A DNA stretch of 64,000 bases from Candidatus Sumerlaeia bacterium (lineage in GTDB: Bacteria > Sumerlaeota > Sumerlaeia > SLMS01 > JANRJK01), in the NCBI GenBank assembly GCA_033764015.1, contig JANRJK010000028.1:1-64000 (forward strand). Reading direction: 5' to 3'. Every line of letters begins with the position of its first letter. Within the stretch, counting starts at the first letter, position 1. A program made the translations under genes and the position numbers. The notes under the pieces are model-generated. The model saw only the letters and a program-made list of their open reading frames with translations. It ran no database searches and had not been told where the DNA came from. Below are positions 1 through 7,795 of the stretch, in pieces.

Positions 1-1700
1 TCAATCCACGCCCCGCGTGAGCGGGGCGACAGTCGCGCGACGCGCCCCGCGCGGCAAGGGCGAGTTTCAATCCACGCCCCGCGTGAGCGGGGCGACGCCC
101 GGGGGCGCGGCAATCCCCCGGGCCGACGGTGTTTCAATCCACGCCCCGCGTGAGCGGGGCGACGTGGAGGCCACCAACGCCCTGCTAGTCGCGGTTGAGG
201 TTTCAATCCACGCCCCGCGTGAGCGGGGCGACCACCGGAACCGAACCGCCTCGCAACCCTCGCCGCCGTTTCAATCCACGCCCCGCGTGAGCGGGGCGAC
301 GCACTGGTTGAGGGGCGGCGAGTCGAGTCCCGCGGTTTCAATCCACGCCCCGCGTGAGCGGGGCGACCCGTGCCACGCACGGGCAGGATCACGGCCCGGC
401 AGTTTCAATCCACGCCCCGCGTGAGCGGGGCGACCGGGGGGCGTGCCCTGCACGGACGCAACCGCTAAGTTTCAATCCACGCCCCGCGTGAGCGGGGCGA
501 CAAGCGTCCGCAATTCGTTCTTTCGTGGGACACGGTTTCAATCCACGCCCCGCGTGAGCGGGGCGACTTGTCGGTCTCACTGTACTTAGTCCGCTTCGCG
601 GTTTCAATCCACGCCCCGCGTGAGCGGGGCGACAATACCGATGCACAGTCACCGCGACCGCCACCCGTTTCAATCCACGCCCCGCGTGAGCGGGGCGACC
701 GCGCCGATGGGCCGCGTCATCGCGCCGGGGCTTGTTTCAATCCACGCCCCGCGTGAGCGGGGCGACACATTGCGCGCCTGAAGTTGTCCGCTCGCCGGAC
801 GGTTTCAATCCACGCCCCGCGTGAGCGGGGCGACCGCGGGATGCCGCCGCGGCAGTTGCTATCTGCTGTTTCAATCCACGCCCCGCGTGAGCGGGGCGAC
901 AAGAGGATTATCCGCGCGAGGCGCCGGTCCTGGTTTCAATCCACGCCCCGCGTGAGCGGGGCGACCCCGCAATGCACGCCTTGACCCTCCGCACCGCTGT
1001 TTCAATCCACGCCCCGCGTGAGCGGGGCGACGGCAACCCCGACACCACAAGCGCCAAGGAGCGTCTGTTTCAATCCACGCCCCGCGTGAGCGGGGCGACC
1101 CCGACTCCGCCGCGCTCGCCCTGCTTTTCGGCGTTTCAATCCACGCCCCGCGTGAGCGGGGCGACCGGGTGATGCGGGGCGAGCATCTTAGGGGCCGCGT
1201 TTCAATCCACGCCCCGCGTGAGCGGGGCGACCTGGCCGCGACTTCGCGGCGGCGGTCATGGTACGTTTCAATCCACGCCCCGCGTGAGCGGGGCGACTTG
1301 CGAGCCGGACGTGCAATGTTCGTGGCACGTGTTTCAATCCACGCCCCGCGTGAGCGGGGCGACTTGTTGACCTGCTCAACGCGGGGCAAACGCAAAAGGT
1401 TTCAATCCACGCCCCGCGTGAGCGGGGCGACGTCTCCGCCGCCGGGACCAGCTCGAAAGCCTGCCGTTTCAATCCACGCCCCGCGTGAGCGGGGCGACGT
1501 TTTCCCCGGCTTCGGAAATCGCGGGCACGTCGGTTTCAATCCACGCCCCGCGTGAGCGGGGCGACGCGCGGTCCTCGTCGGTAGCGATGTGGTCTAGGAT
1601 GTTTCAATCCACGCCCCGCGTGAGCGGGGCGACTCGAAACCCTCGATCCCGTCCCGGCAAAAGAGGTGTTTCAATCCACGCCCCGCGTGAGCGGGGCGAC
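1..1700 (-). CRISPR. Type I-C CRISPR array: 26 repeats (first one truncated by the window edge) and 25 spacers of ~32-36 nt. Repeat GTCGCCCCGCTCACGCGGGGCGTGGATTGAAAC (33 nt).
   Basis: Identical direct repeats start at 64, 131, 200, 268 ... 1601, 1668. The repeat folds as GT + 8-bp stem (CGCCCCGC/GCGGGGCG, TCAC loop) + TGGATTGAAAC handle, typical of I-C. Adjacent to cas2. The array continues beyond the left edge. Confidence 0.99.
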
Positions 1701-1893
1701 TGCTACACGCCCAAGTCCACCCATTTCAGCCGTCCGGGTCAACACTTCCGCGAACCTTGCCGATCAGGTGGGTCTTGGGCGTGGAATGCTTGCTTCGATT
1801 GTCAAAGAGCGTTGATGCAAATGGATTTGCGGCCCCCGCGAAACTCCTAGGGGTTTGGTGCCCGCTTGGGGTTCGCGGAGGGCCGGGGCTCCC
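1701..1893 (-). promoter_or_regulatory. CRISPR leader
   Basis: Non-coding, relatively AT-richer segment between the cas2 stop and the first repeat. Confidence 0.8.
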
Positions 1894-2187
1894 TCACAGG
1901 ATGAGGGGGCCTTGCGGGTCGTAGGTGGGTTTGGCGCCGATGTGTTCCACGCGGCGGTGCCAGTTCGCGCCGAGGTAGTAGTAGCGCAAACTGTCGCGCT
2001 CCTTGTCGATGGCGGATTCGAGGTTGCCGCGCAGTTCGGTGAATTGGGCGGGGTCGAGAAGGCACTCGAAGACGGAGTTCTGCACGCGCTGGCCGCGGTT
2101 CTCGAGCAGCTTGGCGACATGGCGGAGGCGCTTCTGCCCCGCCTTGGTCTCCGTGTTCACGTCGTAGGTGATGAGGACCATCATCAT
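1894..2187 (-). CDS. cas2: CRISPR-associated endonuclease Cas2
   Basis: MMVLITYDV...RVQNSVFEC...DSLRYYYLG motifs, 97 aa. Confidence 0.97.
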   Translation of the reverse strand: MMMVLITYDVNTETKAGQKRLRHVAKLLENRGQRVQNSVFECLLDPAQFTELRGNLESAIDKERDSLRYYYLGANWHRRVEHIGAKPTYDPQGPLIL

Positions 2188-2199
2188 GGCGCGGGGCTC

Positions 2200-3231
2200 C
2201 TATTTCCAGGCGAAGGGCGGGTAGGCGTCGTGGTCGCCGCGCAGGTGGCGGGCGAGCAGGAGCGCCTGGGTGTAGGGGAGAAGGCCCATTGGGACTTTCT
2301 CGCCGAGGAAGGGGTGGACGACCTCCTCCTGTTTGCGCTTCTGCCAGGCGAGGAGGACTTCCTTGCGGTTGGCGTCGTCCATGGTCCAGCCGCCGGATTC
2401 GGTGCGCTTGAAGCCGCCGGGGCGGAGTTGCTGGCGGTTGATGAGTGTGAGGGCGAGGCGGTCGGCGAGGAGGGGGCGGAACTCTTCCATGAGGTCGAGG
2501 GCGAGGCTGGGGCGGCCGGGGCGGTCGCGGTGGAGGAAGCCGACGGCGGGATCGAGGCCAACGGCTTCTAGGGCGCCGCGGATGTCGTGGACGAGGAGCG
2601 TGTAGATGAAGGAGAGGAGCGCGTTGACCGGATCGAGGGGCGGGCGGCGGCTGCGTCCGTTGAAGCGGAAGGTGTCCTTGCCGGCGACGATGAGGTCGTC
2701 GAAGACGGCGAAGTAGGCTTCCGCCGCCTCGCCTTCGAAGCCGCGCACGCGGTCGAGCGGGAGGTCCTGGTGGAGGCTGCGGGCCACGCGGGCGATGGAG
2801 TCGATGGCGGCGGAGATGCGCGCGTCGGCGTCCCCGCCGCCGTGATCGCGGAGCGCGCGCTGCAGCACGATGCGCGAGTTGGCGAGCTTGGCGGTGACGA
2901 AGGCGCGGGCGAGGGCGGCGCTGGCGCCGGGGTGGTCGGCGCGGCGGTATTGCTCGCGCCGCAGGAGCACGTTGCCGCGGACGGGGCCCTCGACGCGGGC
3001 CATGAAGCGGCCCTCGGCGGTGAGGAAGGAAACGCAGACGCCCGCCTCTGCCGCGAGCTGGAGCGCGAAGGGGCTCGCGGAGACCGGCCCGATGCAGACG
3101 ATGCCGGAAAGCGTGTGGATCGGCAGGCGGATCTTCTCCACCCGCTCGACCTTGACGACGACCTGGTCGCCGTCGCGGTGGATGTACGCCTCCGGCACGG
3201 TCACGAAGAGCGTGTTGAGGAGTGGCTTCAC
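2200..3231 (-). CDS. cas1: CRISPR-associated endonuclease Cas1 (type I-C)
   Basis: GTG start overlapping the cas4 stop (MKPLLNTLFV); RGFEGEAA, RRPPLDPVNALLSF, GFLH, LALDLMEEFRP motifs; 343 aa. Confidence 0.97.
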   Translation of the reverse strand: MKPLLNTLFVTVPEAYIHRDGDQVVVKVERVEKIRLPIHTLSGIVCIGPVSASPFALQLAAEAGVCVSFLTAEGRFMARVEGPVRGNVLLRREQYRRADHPGASAALARAFVTAKLANSRIVLQRALRDHGGGDADARISAAIDSIARVARSLHQDLPLDRVRGFEGEAAEAYFAVFDDLIVAGKDTFRFNGRSRRPPLDPVNALLSFIYTLLVHDIRGALEAVGLDPAVGFLHRDRPGRPSLALDLMEEFRPLLADRLALTLINRQQLRPGGFKRTESGGWTMDDANRKEVLLAWQKRKQEEVVHPFLGEKVPMGLLPYTQALLLARHLRGDHDAYPPFAWK

Positions 3232-3911
3232 GGCGCGGCCTCCTCGCCGGCCTCGCCGAGCAACGCGTCGAGGTAGCGCCCCGCGCGGCCCTTCGCGGGG
3301 GCGTTGGGTTGGCAGACTTCGATCAGCGAGCAGGACTCGCACTTCTTCTCGTAAACCGGCGGCGGCGTTTCGCCGGAGGCGACGAGCTGGTGGAGCCGCG
3401 CGGCGAGCGCCTCCGTCTCCGCGCGGAGCCGGTTGTCGAAAGCGACGGGCGTGCGGCGGCGGGGCTGGCCGTAGAAGAGCGCGCCCCCGGGGATCTCGAC
3501 GCCGAGCATCTCCTCGAGGCAAAGCGCCTGGGCGCAGAGCTGCACCTCGTCGCAATCGCCGCGCTTGGGGCGTCCGCGCTTGTACTCGACGGGAAAGGGC
3601 ATCCAGAAGCCCGGCTCGCCGGGGAGCGCGACGCCCCCCGGCGAATCCGCTTCGAGGTCGTGGAACTCGACCACGTCGGCCTGTCCGCTGAGTCCGACGC
3701 GGAGCGAGCGCAGCCGGAGCGCGCGGACGATGCGGACGCCGGGCCGGTTCTCGACCTCCGGCTGGTCCGCGCGCTCGTGGAGGCGCTTGCCTTCGGCGGT
3801 GAGGCGGTTGTCCTCCCATTGGCCCTCGAGATGGATGAGGGCGCATTGCCGCGGGCAGAACGAGAGGTGCTGCAGCGCGGAAATCGGGAGGAGGTCGGCC
3901 TCGGGGAACAC
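3228..3911 (-). CDS. cas4: CRISPR-associated exonuclease Cas4
   Basis: ISALQHLSFCPRQ, VEYKRG, QLCAQALCLEEM, C-terminal CxxCSLxxxC Fe-S cysteines. Confidence 0.96.
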   Translation of the reverse strand: MFPEADLLPISALQHLSFCPRQCALIHLEGQWEDNRLTAEGKRLHERADQPEVENRPGVRIVRALRLRSLRVGLSGQADVVEFHDLEADSPGGVALPGEPGFWMPFPVEYKRGRPKRGDCDEVQLCAQALCLEEMLGVEIPGGALFYGQPRRRTPVAFDNRLRAETEALAARLHQLVASGETPPPVYEKKCESCSLIEVCQPNAPAKGRAGRYLDALLGEAGEEAAP

Positions 3912-3915
3912 CGCC

Positions 3916-4812
3916 CTACACCCAGTGCTCCACCGTGATGCCGGCGGGGAGGTTGGCCTCGTCCACCGTAACCGCGTAGTCGGCGAAGGAGCGCGAGGGC
4001 TTGCCGGCGTCCTTGCGCTCGATCTTGATGCGTTCGAACAGCTTGTGCGCCGGGGCGTTGCCGAGCGGGCTGTCGTGGCGGAAGGCGATGCACTTCTGCG
4101 GCGCCATCTGTCCGCGGGCCGCGGAGCGGTCGTGCTCGAACATCATCGCGAGCGACTGCTTGAGCAGCGCGAGGTCGGCCTCGGTGAAGCCCGTCTGCGC
4201 GGCGAGCTGCGGCGAGATGAACCCGTGCGCGCGGTACAGCGCGTAGGGGATGATCGTCTTGCGGCCCATGGTGCGGTTGTCGCCGCCTTGCGCGTCGGCC
4301 TCCTTCTGCGTGGTGACCGCCATGCGGGTGAGCGATTGTTCGAGGGTGCTGATGGGGTCGGTGGAGGTTGCGAAGGCGAACTGGACGGGGCCGCGCACCT
4401 GCCCGCAATTGACGCCGGTGGACATCACCGCGCCGAACATGCGGACGTCGAAGAAGGCGGAGCACATCCACGCGCGCGCGTCCTGCTCTTTGCCGGGCTT
4501 CGACTTGCCGGCCTTCTCGTCGAAGAAGTCCTCGAGCCCACCTTCATGGTAAGCGCGGGCGTGCTGGTTGTTGAGGATCGCCTTCTCCTTCACGTAGATG
4601 TCGTAGCCGGGCTGCGGCGCGCCTTCCGCAGCGCCCTTCGCGAGGCAGATGAAGTTGCGGATCTTGCGCTTGAGGCAGACATCGCTCACGAGGCCGTGGC
4701 CGGTTTCCGGGTCGATGCGGGGCGAGTTCCCGGCGTCCGGGTCGCCGTTGGGGTTCCCGTTCAAGACGTCGAAAAGGTAAACGAAGTCGTAGCGGTGCTT
4801 GAGCGTTTCCAT
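3916..4812 (-). CDS. cas7c: Type I-C Cascade backbone Cas7c (Csd2)
   Basis: [47 protein letters not shown] motifs. Confidence 0.97.
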   Translation of the reverse strand: METLKHRYDFVYLFDVLNGNPNGDPDAGNSPRIDPETGHGLVSDVCLKRKIRNFICLAKGAAEGAPQPGYDIYVKEKAILNNQHARAYHEGGLEDFFDEKAGKSKPGKEQDARAWMCSAFFDVRMFGAVMSTGVNCGQVRGPVQFAFATSTDPISTLEQSLTRMAVTTQKEADAQGGDNRTMGRKTIIPYALYRAHGFISPQLAAQTGFTEADLALLKQSLAMMFEHDRSAARGQMAPQKCIAFRHDSPLGNAPAHKLFERIKIERKDAGKPSRSFADYAVTVDEANLPAGITVEHWV

Positions 4813-4829
4813 GGTAGGGGAGTCCTCCT

Positions 4830-5324
4830 TTAGGACTGGGCTTGGTCGGCGGTGGCGTTGCGGTTCTTAGCGGTGTTCCACAGGTAGGCGGCGGGGGCGT
4901 CGGGATTGGCGTCTTCCCATGCCTCGCGGTCCTCCCGGTTCATCCAGAGCCAGTGGCGCATGTGGTGGTAGCCGATGACGAAGAGCCCCTGCTCCTCGAT
5001 CGGAAGCGTGAGCGGGAAGCCGATGGGGCGTCCTGCCCGCCGGTCCTCGCGTTCGTTCACGTTGATGCGCGCCAGCAGCGCGTCGATCAGGCGCTCGAGG
5101 CGGAATACAAAGCCGGCTCGCTCGCCGTCGCCGGCCTTCTTGGCGTGGTGGCGGGCGTTGCGCAGCAGCCGGTCGAAGGTTGCCCTCGGCGCGGCGGAGG
5201 CGCCGCTGAAGTGCTTGTCCACGACCGAGGCGTTCACGTCCTGAAGCGCCTCCTGCTGGAGCCGTTCCAGCACGGCCATCAGCGCACCCAGCACATAGCC
5301 GGGGTGGTTGTTTCCTGCGTCCAT
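4830..5324 (-). CDS. cas11c: Cas11c small subunit translated from an internal in-frame start in cas8c (~164 aa)
   Basis: AAGGAGGT Shine-Dalgarno (5342-5335) lies 10 nt upstream of an in-frame ATG at 5324 ([23 protein letters not shown]). Internal Cas11 translation is established for type I-C. Confidence 0.8.
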   Translation of the reverse strand: MDAGNNHPGYVLGALMAVLERLQQEALQDVNASVVDKHFSGASAAPRATFDRLLRNARHHAKKAGDGERAGFVFRLERLIDALLARINVNEREDRRAGRPIGFPLTLPIEEQGLFVIGYHHMRHWLWMNREDREAWEDANPDAPAAYLWNTAKNRNATADQAQS

Positions 5325-6806
5325 GGATTCCCGTACCTCCTTGAAGTCGGTCGAGCGGGTCAGTCGGTTGCGGCGGTTCAGCACCGCCTTGATGAGTGCG
5401 GCGCGGGCGTCGCGGCGTTGCAGGTCGGACCAATCGGAGCGGCCCACCTCGGCGCGGGCGCGTTCCACGGCCCGGGTGAGCAGGCCCATGGGGTAGAGGC
5501 ATCCCGTCATCGCCGCGCGGACCAATTCCGATGCGAGCGCGGACGGGATGTTCTCCTGGTCGCCCTGCGCCGCGACGCTTTCCAGTAGCGTGCGCAGCGC
5601 GATTGCGGGGGGCGGTTCCTCGCCCTGCTTCCAGGGCGCGTTGCGGACCAGCCGCAGGTCGTCGAAGTGCTTTGCGACGTTCGCCTGCGCCTCCCTCACC
5701 GTCGTTTCGAACCAGTCGCGGAGGATCGCGCGCCCCGTCTGCCCTGTGATCACGAGGCCGAAGAAGGGCGCGAGGTCCGCCGGGTTGTCGCGGTCCGGCG
5801 GCTTGCCCGACCAGAGCCGGCGCCAGACCTCGTGCTTGACGATGCTGGGGTCGTTGGGGTCGGCCCCGAAGATCGCCGGCATCGCGTCCTCGAACCCGCC
5901 ATCGCCGCCCGACCAGTAGCAAAAGGCGGTGTCGGCGGAGATGCGGAAGCTGCGCGGCGCCAACGTCGGCGGGTCGCGGTCCGGGACGGGGAACGCCGGA
6001 TGGAGCAGGCGGTTCATGGCGGTTGCGATGGCCTCTGCGGCCTCCCGAGCAATCGGACCATTCTCATTGTCTCGCCAGCCATATGACGAGAATGCAGTTT
6101 GAGTCCGAGTGTTGTAAGAAACTAGCGATGTATCTCCTGCGACACCAGGAGCTCGCTTAATGGTGGGAAACAGGCCTGGGTCTGAGAATGAAACACCGGA
6201 CACGAGGCACTGGTACTGTGTGTTCCCCGTAATGGCGCGTACCCGTTGTCGTCGCCACCATTCTCGAACGGCTGGGCGTTCCGTGACGAGTGCCCCGGCG
6301 TCTGGATAGTAGGAGAAAGCGAACAAGTCCCCCGGCCCGCAATCCGCCGGGAGCTCGAACACTTGGCCCGTGGCGATTCGCTCGAGTAGGGCCAGCACTG
6401 CTCCTACCCCTTCGTCTTTCGTGGCGAGGTACACGTTCGCCGCGCGCGCGCGGAAGAGATCGCGGCGGCGACGCGCCCGCTCTTCACTCACCAGTCCTCT
6501 GCTGTTCTCTTCAGGAGTGCCAAAGAGATACTCTCTCTTGTCCATGAGCGGACCAGCGTAGTCGTTCGACTTTCGCATGTTAAACCCAGAATCGCGGGGC
6601 ACGGTGAGCGTCTTCGCGATTGGTTTCGGCTTCTTCGCCTTCTTCCCCTCGTTTTCGGCGGGCGGAGTGTAGAGCGTGTCGAGCAGTTGAAGGAACTTGC
6701 CGTCCTTCCCGACGACGACCACGAAGCGGACCGGCTTCTGTTCAAAGTCGGGATCCTCGACCAGCCGCTCGCGTTCCGCCAGTTGGTACAGCGCTTGGAG
6801 GATCAT
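4830..6806 (-). CDS. cas8c: Type I-C Cascade large subunit Cas8c (Csd1)
   Basis: [13 protein letters not shown]-terminus, CLVSG, LVSYN...[32 protein letters not shown]; lies between cas5c and cas7c. Confidence 0.93.
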   Translation of the reverse strand: MILQALYQLAERERLVEDPDFEQKPVRFVVVVGKDGKFLQLLDTLYTPPAENEGKKAKKPKPIAKTLTVPRDSGFNMRKSNDYAGPLMDKREYLFGTPEENSRGLVSEERARRRRDLFRARAANVYLATKDEGVGAVLALLERIATGQVFELPADCGPGDLFAFSYYPDAGALVTERPAVREWWRRQRVRAITGNTQYQCLVSGVSFSDPGLFPTIKRAPGVAGDTSLVSYNTRTQTAFSSYGWRDNENGPIAREAAEAIATAMNRLLHPAFPVPDRDPPTLAPRSFRISADTAFCYWSGGDGGFEDAMPAIFGADPNDPSIVKHEVWRRLWSGKPPDRDNPADLAPFFGLVITGQTGRAILRDWFETTVREAQANVAKHFDDLRLVRNAPWKQGEEPPPAIALRTLLESVAAQGDQENIPSALASELVRAAMTGCLYPMGLLTRAVERARAEVGRSDWSDLQRRDARAALIKAVLNRRNRLTRSTDFKEVRESMDAGNNHPGYVLGALMAVLERLQQEALQDVNASVVDKHFSGASAAPRATFDRLLRNARHHAKKAGDGERAGFVFRLERLIDALLARINVNEREDRRAGRPIGFPLTLPIEEQGLFVIGYHHMRHWLWMNREDREAWEDANPDAPAAYLWNTAKNRNATADQAQS

Positions 6807-7453
6807 GGCGCGGCTCCTTCCAAGGGCGGGACGGCGAGCACGCCGCGCTCGAGCCTGGCGGGAAAGAAGCGCGGGACGTTCTTCCCCTTATCCGAGGCGG
6901 CGAACTCGATGTCGTGGAGCATCAGGCCGAGGTCGCGCGTCTCCTCGATAGGAGATTCCGCGCCGTCCGCCGGGTCGATGGCGGCGATGAACTCGCGGCA
7001 GCCGAAGTAGGGCTGGTGGAAGTGCTGCCCCTTCTCGACGCGGCGCTCGAACATCTCCTCGAACTTGCGGACCGTGTCCTCCGCGCCGGCGCGCGGCGTG
7101 AGGACGAAGTGCGCCTCGACCACATAGCGAACCTCCGACAGCGCGACCGTGTTGCGCTGCTGACGGTCCTCGTCGGCGTAGAACTCGGCGGGTGGCGTGC
7201 TCTTGAACGAGGGCACGCGGCTGCCGACTTCGTTGCGGCGGAAGGACGTGAAGCGGATCGGGCTGAGGACCTTGATCCGCTCGATGCGCCAAGCGATGGC
7301 GGGTTTCCAGAGCACCGCCTCGAGGATCCCGCGCGCCGCGGACGGCGTCATGACGGGATACGAGACTCGCTCGACCTTGAGTTCCGGCCGGGTGAAGCAG
7401 GCCAGCGGCCCACTCGCCCGCACCCGGAGCGTTCTACTGCGTTCGACCTTCAC
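6803..7453 (-). CDS. cas5c: Type I-C Cas5c (Cas5d), crRNA-processing subunit
   Basis: ACFTRPELKVERVSYPVMTPSAARGILEAVLWKP, RRNEV, PYFGCREF; AGGAGG RBS at 7467-7462. Confidence 0.97.
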   Translation of the reverse strand: MKVERSRTLRVRASGPLACFTRPELKVERVSYPVMTPSAARGILEAVLWKPAIAWRIERIKVLSPIRFTSFRRNEVGSRVPSFKSTPPAEFYADEDRQQRNTVALSEVRYVVEAHFVLTPRAGAEDTVRKFEEMFERRVEKGQHFHQPYFGCREFIAAIDPADGAESPIEETRDLGLMLHDIEFAASDKGKNVPRFFPARLERGVLAVPPLEGAAP

Positions 7454-7481
7454 ACGTGCTACCTCCTGTTGGGGTGGATTT

Positions 7482-7555
7482 TGGTGGACCCGACGGGATT
7501 CGAACCCGCATCGTCTGTTTAGGAAGCAGATGCCTTACCGTTAGGCTACGGGCCC
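7482..7555 (-). tRNA. tRNA with CCU (Arg, AGG-reading) anticodon but alanine-type acceptor identity (G3.U70, A73); CCA encoded
   Basis: GGGCCCG TA GCCT AACGGTA AGGC A TCTGC TTCCTAA ACAGA CGAT GCGGG TTCGAAT CCCGT CGGGTCC A CCA. Full cloverleaf with canonical T-loop, G18G19 and U33. Confidence 0.93.
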
Positions 7556-7630
7556 ACCGTCGCCGGGGTTGCCGCCCCGACGACGGTGGTTCTGCTTTAG
7601 GTCGTGGCATCCACGCAAGGGAAAATCAGA

Positions 7631-7649
7631 TTCATTGCAGCTTTAGCTC
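7631..7649 (+). promoter_or_regulatory. Putative Cascade operator: TTC PAM plus partial protospacer for the mini-array guide
   Basis: TTC (7631-7633) then ATTGCAGCTTTAGCTC versus guide ATTGCGGCGTTCGCTC, 13/16 identical. Confidence 0.7.
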
Positions 7650-7700
7650 ATTACGGTCAGGGGTAGCTCGGCATTGCGCTGGCGCCGCCTCTGCCGCACA

Positions 7701-7790
7701 GTGCGACTCTGCCTTCGGCAGTGGATTGAAACATTGCGGCGTTCGCTCCCCGTACAAGCTGGTCCCCCGGCAGGTCCTGCCGGGGGACCA
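7701..7790 (+). ncRNA. crRNA-like regulatory RNA (degenerate repeat, 29-nt guide, hairpin); CreA/CreR-like
   Basis: Hairpin CTGCC-TTC-GGCAG (7709-7721) is followed by the exact repeat handle TGGATTGAAAC (7722-7732), guide 7733-7761, then a GTC-initiated strong hairpin (7760-7790). Confidence 0.75.
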
Positions 7791-7795
7791 CCACC

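Noticed and set aside
97..130. Spacer with an internal inverted repeat (GCCCGGGGG...CCCCCGGGC)
   Set aside because: Most simply a protospacer taken from a terminator-like region; no evidence of function.
17..1850. Many ORFs with repeated VSIHAPRERGD / FQSTPRVSGAT peptides
   Set aside because: These are translations of CRISPR repeats, not genes.
7482..7555. tRNA as the attachment site of an integrated element carrying the cas genes
   Set aside because: It lies mid-operon between cas3 and cas5c. I saw no integrase and no duplicated tRNA 3' end in the window.
7670..7680. Second guide seed match ATTGCG at 7673
   Set aside because: It is preceded by GGC rather than TTC, and pairing stops after 6 nt.
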